Shown here in pieces: positions 39,504-49,672 of a DNA stretch of 64,000 bases. How positions within the stretch are numbered: the stretch's first letter is position 1; each line of letters begins with the position of its first letter. The stretch covers positions 52,959-116,958 of the IMG/VR virus record IMGVR_UViG_3300038673_000510. One strand, given 5' to 3'. This stretch comes from a virus. Its lineage: Duplodnaviria > Caudoviricetes. The translations under genes and the position numbers were made by a program. A model generated the notes under the pieces. The model did not search any database, had not been told where the DNA came from, and saw only the letters and a list, made by a program, of their open reading frames with translations.

Positions 39504-39602
39504 TTATTCTACATAGTGTATTAATATCCCAACAAAAATTATACAACCTATAGCAAATCCAATCCCGAATAAAAACAAATCTTCAGTAAAAAACTTTTTC
39601 AT
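39504..39602 (-). CDS. 32-aa membrane peptide
   Basis: MKKFFTEDLFLFGIGFAIGCIIFVGILIHYVE; AGGGG RBS. Confidence 0.5.
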   Translation of the reverse strand: MKKFFTEDLFLFGIGFAIGCIIFVGILIHYVE

Positions 39603-39786
39603 TTTTTGTCCCCTTAGTTTTATATTCTCCACACCAATTGTGATAATTGTTCATTACTTCCGGAAAACTTGATACATTATTACTATCAAGTTGTGGCGGA
39701 TATCGTCTGCAGAAAAATTTCACATCATAAAAATCATTTTCTGTTTTTTTTACATATATACAATTTTGACATAATTCTTCATCCAT
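39583..39786 (-). CDS. small Cys-rich protein
   Basis: CQNC...CRRYPP...FP...WCGE motif; GAGGA RBS. Confidence 0.7.
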   Translation of the reverse strand: MDEELCQNCIYVKKTENDFYDVKFFCRRYPPQLDSNNVSSFPEVMNNYHNWCGEYKTKGTKNEKVFY

Positions 39787-39807
39787 TTATTGTGTCCTCT
39801 TCTCTGT

Positions 39808-41691
39808 TTATTTTACCTCTAACCTACTACTACCATTTTCCTTAATAATCGTTGTTATTGTTTCTGGTTGTAAAGCTTCTATAACTTCAGGCTGATGTGT
39901 TATATTATAAACGGCGCTCTCTTGTGCATATTTTGTTTTAATCATTTCAGCAAAAGCATTAATAGATGGTAAATCTATATTAGTATAAACTTCATCTAAA
40001 ATTATGATACCAGAATTCATGACATTAAGTCTCATTGCATCAAAAATAGCAAAGTTAAGAGATAGATTAACTTTTACTTTTTCACCAGTAGATAATTCAT
40101 GATAATCATATTGTTCGCCATTAAAAATAATAGTTTCATTAAAAAGTAAATCAAGTATCAGCGTTAATTGATCATCAAATACTTGGTCAAGATTTTGTCT
40201 TACCAGTTCGTTAAATACCGGCATAATAGTTGAAACTGCATATTGTTTTATACTGTTTTCGTTTTTAATGTTTAATATGTCATCAAGATAATCCAATTCA
40301 TTAACAATTGTGGTCAATTTGATTTTTTCATCACTAAGCTTATTAAGCTCTTTTGTTTTTGCTTTTAGATCAACCGTCATTCTTTTAAGATGTGTATCAT
40401 CTTTATTTATTTGAGCTAATTGCGTTTCTTTAATTAAAATATTTTCATTGATATTTTTTATTTCAGTTAATAAATCATCATTAGCATTTTCTTTGTATTC
40501 TTCTGGAATATCTATTTCTTCTAATTGTAACTTTAACTCTTTAAGCTTTTTTTCATATTCTAAAAGTTTTTCTGTTGCTTCTGCCCAAATTTTATGAGCG
40601 CCAGAACGTACAGCATTATTATCAACAATATGTTTATTTAAAGTATCAATATGTTGTTGAAGTTTACTTTTGTGTTTATTGTGTGTTTCTTCATCTTGAA
40701 TAACTCCACAATTATGACATTTAATAGGTTCAAGTCCATCAAGCTGATCTTGTGTTTCCGCTATATCTTCAGTATGTGTTATATTTAACTTATCAATTTT
40801 TATAATACGTTGATTTGCAGATGATATTGCAAGTTTAAGATCAATTATTTTATCTTCTATTTCTTCAATATTTTCCGTAATATCTTTTGCTGTTTTTATG
40901 TTTTTTACAAATGAATCAACATCAATATTACCGAATAAAACCATTTTCTTTTTAAGTTCATCAATTTCGTTTGTTAAATTTGTAACTTTAGTAGTCTTGT
41001 TATTTTCAAACGCTTGAATTTCTTTTTGAATATGATTAACAAGATTTGCGGCACTTACTAAATCCGCTGATATTACAGCAAGATCTTGTTGATATTGCTT
41101 TTTCTTTTTAAGTATTATATCTTGATATTTTTTTAGCTTGTCAAGTTGAATAATAGTTTCAAATATTCTCCAGCGTTCTGTTGGAGTATAATCTAAAAAT
41201 TGTTTAAGGTCTTCTCTGCTTAATAAAACAGTTTTGAGAAAGGTTTCATCATTAATAAGAACAATTTCATTAATTGCTTGCTGAGTTGATGCAATATCTG
41301 ATCGCGTAATGTCATGCCAATTTCCACCAACTGCTTCATATAAAAATAATCCGTTTTTCCCTTGTTTATGTTTTCTATATCGTTCAACACGATACTGATT
41401 ATTATTAACTGAAAAATTAAGAGCAGCTTTTAAATCTTTACCAACTCTCTTGTTAATAATTCTATCCTTATTCATTTTTTTTGTAATATTTCCATACAAA
41501 GCGAAATAAGGAATCATAGTTAGTGTGCTTTTTCCACTACCAACACTATACTTACCAGATAGAGCACTATCTCCCTCAAGGTCAAGATTTTGCGCTGTAA
41601 TTAAATGAAGTCCTTTGTCGGCAAAATTAAAATTATGCTCTCCCTCAAAACTACCGAAGTTTGAAAAATCTGTAGATTGAAATCTTAGCAT
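39808..41691 (-). CDS. gp46: SbcC/Rad50-like recombination ATPase
   Basis: NFGSF, Walker A GSGKST, CHNCG zinc hook within a coiled coil, LSTGEK signature, ILDEV. Confidence 0.93.
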   Translation of the reverse strand: MLRFQSTDFSNFGSFEGEHNFNFADKGLHLITAQNLDLEGDSALSGKYSVGSGKSTLTMIPYFALYGNITKKMNKDRIINKRVGKDLKAALNFSVNNNQYRVERYRKHKQGKNGLFLYEAVGGNWHDITRSDIASTQQAINEIVLINDETFLKTVLLSREDLKQFLDYTPTERWRIFETIIQLDKLKKYQDIILKKKKQYQQDLAVISADLVSAANLVNHIQKEIQAFENNKTTKVTNLTNEIDELKKKMVLFGNIDVDSFVKNIKTAKDITENIEEIEDKIIDLKLAISSANQRIIKIDKLNITHTEDIAETQDQLDGLEPIKCHNCGVIQDEETHNKHKSKLQQHIDTLNKHIVDNNAVRSGAHKIWAEATEKLLEYEKKLKELKLQLEEIDIPEEYKENANDDLLTEIKNINENILIKETQLAQINKDDTHLKRMTVDLKAKTKELNKLSDEKIKLTTIVNELDYLDDILNIKNENSIKQYAVSTIMPVFNELVRQNLDQVFDDQLTLILDLLFNETIIFNGEQYDYHELSTGEKVKVNLSLNFAIFDAMRLNVMNSGIIILDEVYTNIDLPSINAFAEMIKTKYAQESAVYNITHQPEVIEALQPETITTIIKENGSSRLEVK

Positions 41692-41912
41692 TATTTTTTT
41701 CCTAAGTTAGATTTAGATGTATAATTATTTGCTGCATTCCCACACTCACCTTCAGGAACAATCATCATGGGTGCTCTCTTACCAAAATATTTAGTAGATG
41801 GAGCGCCACACTTTTCGCATAGCACAACGTTATCTTTTATACTTTCTTCATATGATAGTATATGATCTTCTTTGTGTTCGCATTTTGTACAAATATATGA
41901 ATAATTAGGCAT
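41691..41912 (-). CDS. FmdB-family zinc-ribbon protein
   Basis: MPNYSYICTKC...CEKCG. Confidence 0.8.
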   Translation of the reverse strand: MPNYSYICTKCEHKEDHILSYEESIKDNVVLCEKCGAPSTKYFGKRAPMMIVPEGECGNAANNYTSKSNLGKK

Positions 41913-43014
41913 TCATTTTCTCCTTTACTGTAATTTCTAAATGTTCTAATAAATTATTTTTATTAAACGGTAGTCCGTTTTCTTGTTCAAGTTTATTTAA
42001 AAAATTTGTTATAAGGGTTTCATCATCCTGAAATGTAATCTCACTCCAACCTTTAATACTCGCAAGTTTAATTTGATCAACTAAATCCATAATGATTTTT
42101 ACTTCAAAATTTTTTTCCATAAGTTTTTGTCTAAGAGTAACCAATAATTCTTTAGATACTTTTTTAGTTACTCTTATTCTTATGTAATGATTTTCCAATG
42201 TTAACATTTCCATTGCATTAGTTTTATTAAGTTCATAAGTAATAAATTTAGGTGTAATTTCATTATCAATAAACTTATGAGTATTTGTTGCCATATCATA
42301 AATTACAAAACCATGGCTCGATAATTCGTCGCCATGTTTTGATTGAAGCGGAGATGAAACATAAGTAATGTTTTTATTTGACTGATAGCCATGATAATGT
42401 CCAAGATATACTTTATTAAATTTTTTTAAAGAAGTATTACTTACTGGCGCATCATTTATCGATCCTCCAGCATATTCATGAACTTTAAATGTTGTTACAC
42501 CAAAATGAGAAAATAAATTTACTTTACGTTTTTCAAAATCGCATAACTTCATTATACCTTTTAATTTATCGCTTATATCATTGTAAAATGGAAGAAAAAT
42601 AAAATGATAATCTTTGGTTTTATATTCCATAGGAGTATCTACTACAATGATATTTTCATAGTATCGATAATTAGCTGGCAAATTTATTTCTGATTGATTA
42701 AAATATGCTAAATCATGATTTCCTGGTAATAACACCACTGGACAAATTCGCGACATAGCATTAAACATATTATTAACTTTAATAAGTCCATCAGTATTAA
42801 CGGTATTTTTTGTATCAAATATATCGCCAAGAATAAAAATAGCGTCTACTTGTTCTTTAATACATATGTCCATAAAATTTTGCATCATAGCTTCCATATG
42901 ATAAAAGAATTTATTATTCTTTTGAAAAATATTAAAGTGCATATCAGCTATCATAGCAATTTTCGATTTATTGGTTAACTTCAACACATCTTTTTTATCT
43001 ATAGTCTTCAACAC
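41905..43014 (-). CDS. gp47: SbcD/Mre11-like recombination nuclease
   Basis: ADMH, LGDIFD, PGNHD, FSH and LGHYH metallophosphoesterase motifs. Confidence 0.93.
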   Translation of the reverse strand: MLKTIDKKDVLKLTNKSKIAMIADMHFNIFQKNNKFFYHMEAMMQNFMDICIKEQVDAIFILGDIFDTKNTVNTDGLIKVNNMFNAMSRICPVVLLPGNHDLAYFNQSEINLPANYRYYENIIVVDTPMEYKTKDYHFIFLPFYNDISDKLKGIMKLCDFEKRKVNLFSHFGVTTFKVHEYAGGSINDAPVSNTSLKKFNKVYLGHYHGYQSNKNITYVSSPLQSKHGDELSSHGFVIYDMATNTHKFIDNEITPKFITYELNKTNAMEMLTLENHYIRIRVTKKVSKELLVTLRQKLMEKNFEVKIIMDLVDQIKLASIKGWSEITFQDDETLITNFLNKLEQENGLPFNKNNLLEHLEITVKEKMNA

Positions 43015-43294
43015 AATTCTTTTCCTAAATAAAACATTTTTATTTATTATAAGTGAAACGCAAATCTCTTGCTTTAACTTTTTTTAATAAACAAGAAAAA
43101 AATAAAGCAAAAAATAAAAATACAACTTATTTGCGTTTTAGGTATAATGAATTGTGAGAAGAGAGTTGTATGTTAATTCTTATTGTATACTAATGTTCTT
43201 AAGAGGGAAAAATTTTTTTTGCATATTCTTAAAAATTTAAGCCAAGTTTTTTGCATTTGTAATAATATAAAATAAAAGCATTGGAAAGAAAACC

Positions 43295-43639
43295 ATGGAT
43301 GTGATTACACGTTATTACACAAAACGTATAAAAAATTTTAATATGACAATAAATACATTTTGTAAAGAAAAAGGAATCCCAAGCAGTTTGAATAATGCGC
43401 TTACATATAAAGCTAATATGGGGATAGGATGTTTTTGGAAAAATTTATATGTGGCTCCAAAGATTTATCTTGCTAACAGTAAATCTTTTTTAGCATACAG
43501 AGAATCATTAGATATTGATTTTCAAAACGATATTATAACTAATGACGAAATTTTTGCATTACAACAAGAAACTATTAAAAATAAACATATAAAAGAACAA
43601 TTAAAAAAAGTTATGAAGTATGACTTTATAGAGGAATAA
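43295..43639 (+). CDS. hypothetical protein
   Basis: 114-aa ORF after an AT-rich divergent intergenic region. Confidence 0.6.
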   Translation: MDVITRYYTKRIKNFNMTINTFCKEKGIPSSLNNALTYKANMGIGCFWKNLYVAPKIYLANSKSFLAYRESLDIDFQNDIITNDEIFALQQETIKNKHIKEQLKKVMKYDFIEE

Positions 43640-43640
43640 A

Positions 43641-44171
43641 ATGGTACAGATAAGAATAAAAGAAAAAGATAGAATACAATATAAAGATAAACAAAGTGAA
43701 TTTTCAAAACAAAACAGACATGGATCATTAGTAAAATCTTTTATTTTACGTAATGGTCAGTTGGAATTTTTTGACGCAGAACTTGAAACAAAAATGATAC
43801 CAAAAAAATTTAGTGAAGATATTAATAATATTCCACTAAAACAAATTATAACTGATAATTGTTCTCTTATGTTTCAAGACCCACAGAACGCATTAAGATT
43901 TTTAGTATATAATAATGGTTGGATAGAATCTGTATCTTTTGATGATCTTACAGAAGATGACGATATTCTTATCTTTGATGAAAACGAGCACGAATGGGCG
44001 CTTGCCAATATATTAGAATTAAAACGTTTTAGTACATATGTTGAAGACGAAGATCTTGAAAGAGAAGAAGCAATAACTCAAATGTTTCATGATAGTATGG
44101 CAAAAACATTTTCTCCATATATCATTAGACATTCTAAGGGAATGATAATAAATAATATATTGGTAATTTAA
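43641..44171 (+). CDS. Stand-alone degenerate Hint (intein-fold) protein
   Basis: GSLVKSF..NGQLEF, LKQIITDN, RFLVYNNGW..V..DDL...DDILI and PYII...GMIINNILVI follow Hint block order. There is no Cys1, TxxH or terminal HN. Confidence 0.5.
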   Translation: MVQIRIKEKDRIQYKDKQSEFSKQNRHGSLVKSFILRNGQLEFFDAELETKMIPKKFSEDINNIPLKQIITDNCSLMFQDPQNALRFLVYNNGWIESVSFDDLTEDDDILIFDENEHEWALANILELKRFSTYVEDEDLEREEAITQMFHDSMAKTFSPYIIRHSKGMIINNILVI

Positions 44172-44581
44172 TGAACGCAGAAAAATTAGTTAAACAGTAT
44201 AACCTAATGGTTAATGGTCCTCTTGTCGGGTATTGTAATATATTATCAGATGATAAAGTGGCAATGGGACTTATAAATGAAAATTATAAAACAAATTGTA
44301 ATGCTTGCCATGTTCCACTTGATTATTGTTTTTCTGAAATTCTAACTACAAAAAAGTTTGAAAATAAAATTAAAAAATCTGAAGATATTTCTTGTATGTT
44401 GTTTTTTGATAATTTTTCTCAATCAAAAAGCGACAAAGAAAACGAAGCGGATTTGAAAGTTATGATTAAGTTTATGAAGGCCGCACACGATGCTAATGCA
44501 AATGTTTGTTTATATTCATCAAGAAAAGAAATTCCTGAGTGTATTAAAAAATATGTTACAGTGGTAAAGTATGGGGAATAA
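44171..44581 (+). CDS. hypothetical protein, possibly a degenerate AAA/P-loop fold
   Basis: Walker B-like MLFFDNF and VCLYSS...IPECI; no Walker A. Confidence 0.45.
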   Translation: MNAEKLVKQYNLMVNGPLVGYCNILSDDKVAMGLINENYKTNCNACHVPLDYCFSEILTTKKFENKIKKSEDISCMLFFDNFSQSKSDKENEADLKVMIKFMKAAHDANANVCLYSSRKEIPECIKKYVTVVKYGE

Positions 44582-45020
44582 TTTGAATACATATCTAAAA
44601 GAAATAACAAAAACTCCACGAGCTGGAATAATTCCTTATGTTAAACACAAGGAAAAATATTATATTCCTCTTATGATTCCATCTGATCCTCTTTATGGCG
44701 GAACAGAATATCAATTAGCTAAAGGAGTAATTGAAAAAAATGATACTGCTATTGCAACTGCAATTAAAGAGTGTCAGCAAGAATTAGGATTGAATATTAC
44801 AAATACATCATTGAAACTTTTATGGAACAATAAAAAAAGTAATATTCAATGGTTTTTTTGTGAACTAAAAGAAATGTCTAAAATGATTCCAGAACCTAAT
44901 GAAGACGGAATAATAGAAACAAAAGATCCAAAATGGTTTGATTTATATGAGGCTGAACAAATTATTAAAGATTGGCAAAAGCCATTAATAAAAGTATTAA
45001 AAAGAAGATTAGGAATATGA
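44571..45020 (+). CDS. NUDIX hydrolase
   Basis: RAGIIPY and Nudix box KGVIEKNDTAIATAIKECQQELG. Confidence 0.85.
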   Translation: MGNNLNTYLKEITKTPRAGIIPYVKHKEKYYIPLMIPSDPLYGGTEYQLAKGVIEKNDTAIATAIKECQQELGLNITNTSLKLLWNNKKSNIQWFFCELKEMSKMIPEPNEDGIIETKDPKWFDLYEAEQIIKDWQKPLIKVLKRRLGI

Positions 45021-45122
45021 AAACAATACATATATCTGAAATATACAGAAGACAAAGCATATGCTTGGGTTGATAAAAATAATAAAATACAAATACATAT
45101 TTTTAAGGATATAAGATATTAA

Positions 45123-45641
45123 ATGAAAAGAAAAATAATGGTTCCAATTGGAACTACTTTCTTTGATTATCCAGATAATTCATCGTTATCTACGATAATT
45201 TATTTTTTGGGTTGTGATCACGATTGCAAGTTATGTCATAATCCAGAATTAAGAAATGTAGATCATCCACTTGGATTTGAATGTGACATTGATATATTGC
45301 GTGATTGTTTAAAAGATAAGTGCAATAGAACTCGAACAAAAAATGTGGTTTTTAGTGGTGGTGATCCACTTCATAAAAACAATTTAGAATTTGTTAAAAA
45401 GTTTTTAGTAAAGTATGGCAAAGAGTTTAATGTATGTATATATACCGGATATTCAATAAGTGTAGTAAAAGAATTTGGTCTTATAAATTTTCAATATATT
45501 AAAACCGGTAAATATGATGATAGTATGAAAATTGATGCAAAGAAAACAGATGAATATTTTCAACTTGCATCAACTAATCAGGCTATATATGATAATAATT
45601 TTAATTGTCTTTCTGTAAAAGGAAGAATGGAGTTTAGATAA
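45123..45641 (+). CDS. nrdG: Anaerobic RNR activating radical-SAM enzyme
   Basis: GCDHDCKLCHNP (CxxxCxxC), FSGGDPL, IYTGY, STNQ. Confidence 0.93.
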   Translation: MKRKIMVPIGTTFFDYPDNSSLSTIIYFLGCDHDCKLCHNPELRNVDHPLGFECDIDILRDCLKDKCNRTRTKNVVFSGGDPLHKNNLEFVKKFLVKYGKEFNVCIYTGYSISVVKEFGLINFQYIKTGKYDDSMKIDAKKTDEYFQLASTNQAIYDNNFNCLSVKGRMEFR

Positions 45642-48600
45642 TGTTTGAAAGATCAGAAATAAAACAAGCTGTTAGTAGTGTATATAAAACACTTGAAAGT
45701 AGAATTATAAAAGAATATCATATTCATGATGTTGAAGAAGCGGAAAAAATTACAGATCAACTTCTTAAAATCCACGGCATGGATAGAGAACATTTTTCTA
45801 TTATAAAACAAGTAGAAGATTTATTAACTGGAAAATTGAATGATAATAGCGTTGATGATAATAGCAACAAAGGCGAAAAAACTATAAAAGGAATTTTAAA
45901 AGAAGCATCAAATCCAATCGATAAAATAATTGGATATAGATATTTATATCGTAAAATGGCAGAAGTATATGGAAAGAAAGAAGCAAAATATCTTACATCT
46001 TTAATGTATGATTATACTCTTGCTTTATCAGACTCAACCAATATTATGAATCCTTATTGTTGGGCATTTGATTCCAGCAAGCTTGTAACTATGGGAAAAC
46101 CATTTGGTCAGCTTCCATCTGGAAAAGTAAAACGTCTTGATTCTTATATTTCACTTCTTAATGAAGTGATACATCAGATGAGCAACCATCTTGCTGGAGC
46201 AATTGCTATTGGTCCGTTCTTTCTTGATATTGCTCATTTGTTAATGATTAATGAAAATAAAACAATAGAAGATTTAAATAATTCAGAGTATAGAAAATAT
46301 ATTAAGAATCAGTTTCAAAGAATGATTCATGGTGTAAATTCACTTTCAAGAAGTGGTGGGGTTGAATGTGTAACCGCCGATACAGAAGTTTTAACTCCAT
46401 ATGGATTTAAGGGATATAGTGAATTAAAAAAAGGCGATGATATATATACTTGGAAAGATGGATCATTAAATATTCAAAAAGTTCAGAGAGTAAATATAAA
46501 AGAATTCGATGGAGAAATGATAGAATTTTCAGGAAGAGATATAAATCAAACTGTGACATTTAATCATAATGTTCTTCATAAAAAAAATAATAGTGAAATT
46601 TATGAATTAAAAAATGCAGAGGAATTATATAAAGAGAAAACACCAACTATAATACCTATAGCTTTTAATAATATTTTAAATGACAAGGACTATAATATTT
46701 CAGACGATTTACTACAATTAGCCACCATTGTTTTTTGTGATGGACATTTTGAAGTACAAGAAAAAAAAGCAACAAGAATTAGTATTACAAAATCTCTTTC
46801 AAGATATGGAATAAAAGAAATAGATAATTTACTTAAAAAACTTGGTTATACATATTCCGAAACAATACGAGAAGGAACATTTTCTGGATGTAATATTTCG
46901 TCTGTATTAAAAGCAAAAACATATAAAACTAAAACATATAGGTTGTCTACTGTAGCTTCTAAAGAAATATGTGCTTTGTTTAATAACACAAAAAAAGATA
47001 TTCCGGATTGGTTTTTATCTTTAAGTAAAAGACAATCAAATCTTGTATTAGATACATGGATGAAATACGATGGTTGTGGTCATATTGATGGACATATAAA
47101 ACTTCAATGTGATAATTATATTATAGCTGATAAACTTCAGCATATAGCAGTTAGAGCTGGATATGGTAGCAGAATTACCGAGCGCTTAATAGGAAATAAT
47201 AAAACTGCGACTATATATCTTTTGTTATATAAACAAAAAAATAAAAGTTTAGCTAAAAAGAAAAAAATACAATATAATGGCATAGTTTGGTGTCCAACAA
47301 CAGACGATGGAATAGTTATATATCGGAAAGAAGGTAAAATCTTTATTTCTGGTAATTCTCCATTTACAAACGTTTCTTTATTTGATCGCGAAAAACTTAA
47401 GAAACTTGTTGGAGAAGAATATGCTTGGTACTATATGAATGATAACGGTGAAGCATTATTTACTACTGAACAAGTAATAGATTTTATTATAGAACTTCAA
47501 AATATATACATGGAATTTTTTGATTGCGGTGATCCTCTTAATGATGGTATGCCATATCGTTTCCCGGTATCAACGCTTAATATTTCAAAGAAAAGAGATA
47601 AAAATAATAAATGGATCATAGAGGATAAAAAATTTCTTAAGTCTGTATGTAAGAAAGATATTTATCGTTATAATATCTTTGTATCAGAGGGGAATAAGGT
47701 AGCTTCATGTTGTTTTGAAGGATCACAGACTATATTAGCAAGAAATAGCAATGGAGAATTTATAACAACCATAAAAGACCTTGTTGAAAATATTCCTAAC
47801 AATACTAACACTTCTATTTATCATAATGGATTTTGGAAGAAGTTTGATAAAGTTAAGATAGATTATTGCGGAAATTTTATTGAAATAATAACTGAAAACA
47901 ATAAAAAAGTTATTGTTACTATGGATCATAAATTTCCAACATTAGTAGGTGATAAAAAAGCAGAAGATATAACCGTAGATGATTATATTATGTTTTCAAC
48001 TAAGACGTCCAATAAAACTCAAAAATACGATTCTTTAACTTATGAGCAAGGATTTTTAATTGGTTGTTTTCTTGGCGATGGTAGCTATGGTAAAACAGCT
48101 AAGGGTGTATATACTCACATGCAGCTATCGCTTAATGAAAATTGTATAGATAGTATTAAAGAAAAAGTAGACAAAGCAATATCTCAATGGGGAATAAATT
48201 ATACTTCTAAAAAAGCAGCCGCTAAAAATAATGTACATCCATTACGTATCTATAATACAGAATTAGTAAATATTTTATTGTATTATGCTCCTCATCATAC
48301 TGCCCAAAATAAATATTTTAATGAAGCATTATTAGGACATTCAGAACAATGTAGAAAAGGAATACTTGATGGTTGGTATGCCACAGATGGTGGAAACAGT
48401 AATAGATGTTATTCAGTATCTAAAAAATTAATAGACCAAATGGAAACTTTATGTACAACATTGGGAATACAAACAAGAATAGATGTGTTTGATAGAAGAG
48501 ATGAGGAGACTTATATAAGAGGAGAAAAAATAAATCATAATTTTTTAATTTATAGTTTAAGATTTTATGATACTCAATTTAAGTCAAAAGATATTGCATA

Positions 48601-49672
48601 TAAATGGCACAATAATTCTATTTTCTTTAAAATTAAAAGTGTTAGACATATTGAAAATAAGGATAACTATGCGTATTGTGTTGAAATAAAAAATGATGAA
48701 CCTTATTTTACTTTGGCGAATGGAATAATTTCACATAATTGTCGTCTGCTTTCTGATCAGGATAAAGTTGATCTCGCATCTCAAGCAAATAGCTTTGGTG
48801 CGGGTGGATCTATTTCTCTTGGTAGTCATAGAGTTATTACAATTAATCTTATGCGTGCAGCATTACAAGCAAAAGATATGGATGACTTCCTTGCAAGAGT
48901 AAATAAAGCGACCTATGATAGTAAAAAAATTCTTTATGCTCATAAAGAAATGTTAAAAGATCTCAAACCATATCAGTTGTTTGTAAATAAAGGTTGGATA
49001 CAACTTGACAGAATGTTTTCTACAATAGGACTTATGGGATATGTAGAAGCTACCGAAGTTCTTAAGAAAAAATTTAAAGATAAACGCGATATTATGCAAA
49101 TGATGTTTGATGAAGTAAACAATACTCTTGCAAAAGGTAATGAACAATATCCTGGATGTTTCTTTAATATTGAGCAAATTCCTGGTGAAAGTATGTGTCA
49201 TAGGTTATCTAAATCTGATAAACTTTTATTTGGTGACGATGCAGTTCCTTTTGACATTTATGCTAATCAGATAGTTCCATTGTGGAATAAGACACTTTCA
49301 ATATGGGATAAGATGGAAATAACCGGAAAATATCTCAAGAAACTTTCTGGCGGTGGAATTGAATGGATAAATGCTGGTGAACATATTACACCTAAACAAG
49401 CTGAAGGCCTTATTGATTATGCTGTTGAATGTGATCTCGAACACTTTGCAATTAATGGTGCTTTTTGTAAATGTGAAGATGGTCATGTTATTATAGGCGA
49501 TAGAGATACTTGTGCTAAGTGTGGAAAACCAATTGTTCAGAAGATAACAAGAACCGTTGGATATTTTGTCGACGTAGCTGATATGAGCACTCAGAAAGTA
49601 GAATATGATTATAAACGTAGAAAAGAACACATCAATGGAGATTTTGAATCAAAAATTATATTAAATTCGTAA
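45641..49672 (+). CDS. nrdD: Anaerobic (class III) ribonucleotide reductase with two inteins; 670 aa after splicing
   Basis: NPYC, E|SPFTN, ASC|CRL, NIEQIPGES, C-terminal CxxxH..CxxC, glycyl-radical loop TRTVGY. Confidence 0.95.
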   Translation: MFERSEIKQAVSSVYKTLESRIIKEYHIHDVEEAEKITDQLLKIHGMDREHFSIIKQVEDLLTGKLNDNSVDDNSNKGEKTIKGILKEASNPIDKIIGYRYLYRKMAEVYGKKEAKYLTSLMYDYTLALSDSTNIMNPYCWAFDSSKLVTMGKPFGQLPSGKVKRLDSYISLLNEVIHQMSNHLAGAIAIGPFFLDIAHLLMINENKTIEDLNNSEYRKYIKNQFQRMIHGVNSLSRSGGVECVTADTEVLTPYGFKGYSELKKGDDIYTWKDGSLNIQKVQRVNIKEFDGEMIEFSGRDINQTVTFNHNVLHKKNNSEIYELKNAEELYKEKTPTIIPIAFNNILNDKDYNISDDLLQLATIVFCDGHFEVQEKKATRISITKSLSRYGIKEIDNLLKKLGYTYSETIREGTFSGCNISSVLKAKTYKTKTYRLSTVASKEICALFNNTKKDIPDWFLSLSKRQSNLVLDTWMKYDGCGHIDGHIKLQCDNYIIADKLQHIAVRAGYGSRITERLIGNNKTATIYLLLYKQKNKSLAKKKKIQYNGIVWCPTTDDGIVIYRKEGKIFISGNSPFTNVSLFDREKLKKLVGEEYAWYYMNDNGEALFTTEQVIDFIIELQNIYMEFFDCGDPLNDGMPYRFPVSTLNISKKRDKNNKWIIEDKKFLKSVCKKDIYRYNIFVSEGNKVASCCFEGSQTILARNSNGEFITTIKDLVENIPNNTNTSIYHNGFWKKFDKVKIDYCGNFIEIITENNKKVIVTMDHKFPTLVGDKKAEDITVDDYIMFSTKTSNKTQKYDSLTYEQGFLIGCFLGDGSYGKTAKGVYTHMQLSLNENCIDSIKEKVDKAISQWGINYTSKKAAAKNNVHPLRIYNTELVNILLYYAPHHTAQNKYFNEALLGHSEQCRKGILDGWYATDGGNSNRCYSVSKKLIDQMETLCTTLGIQTRIDVFDRRDEETYIRGEKINHNFLIYSLRFYDTQFKSKDIAYKWHNNSIFFKIKSVRHIENKDNYAYCVEIKNDEPYFTLANGIISHNCRLLSDQDKVDLASQANSFGAGGSISLGSHRVITINLMRAALQAKDMDDFLARVNKATYDSKKILYAHKEMLKDLKPYQLFVNKGWIQLDRMFSTIGLMGYVEATEVLKKKFKDKRDIMQMMFDEVNNTLAKGNEQYPGCFFNIEQIPGESMCHRLSKSDKLLFGDDAVPFDIYANQIVPLWNKTLSIWDKMEITGKYLKKLSGGGIEWINAGEHITPKQAEGLIDYAVECDLEHFAINGAFCKCEDGHVIIGDRDTCAKCGKPIVQKITRTVGYFVDVADMSTQKVEYDYKRRKEHINGDFESKIILNS
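46367..47356 (+). mobile_element. Intein 1 in NrdD (330 aa, LAGLIDADG-like, ends Gly-Asn)
   Basis: GGVE|CVTADTEVLT ... VWCPTT...KIFISGN|SPFTN. Confidence 0.92.
47711..48739 (+). mobile_element. Intein 2 in NrdD (343 aa, LAGLIDADG)
   Basis: VASC|CFEGSQ ... TMDH ... IGCFLGDG, DGWYATDG ... NGIISHN|CRLL. Confidence 0.95.

Noticed and set aside
43015-43294. AT-rich 280-bp gap as a replication origin
   Set aside because: No iterons are visible, and a divergent promoter region explains it adequately.
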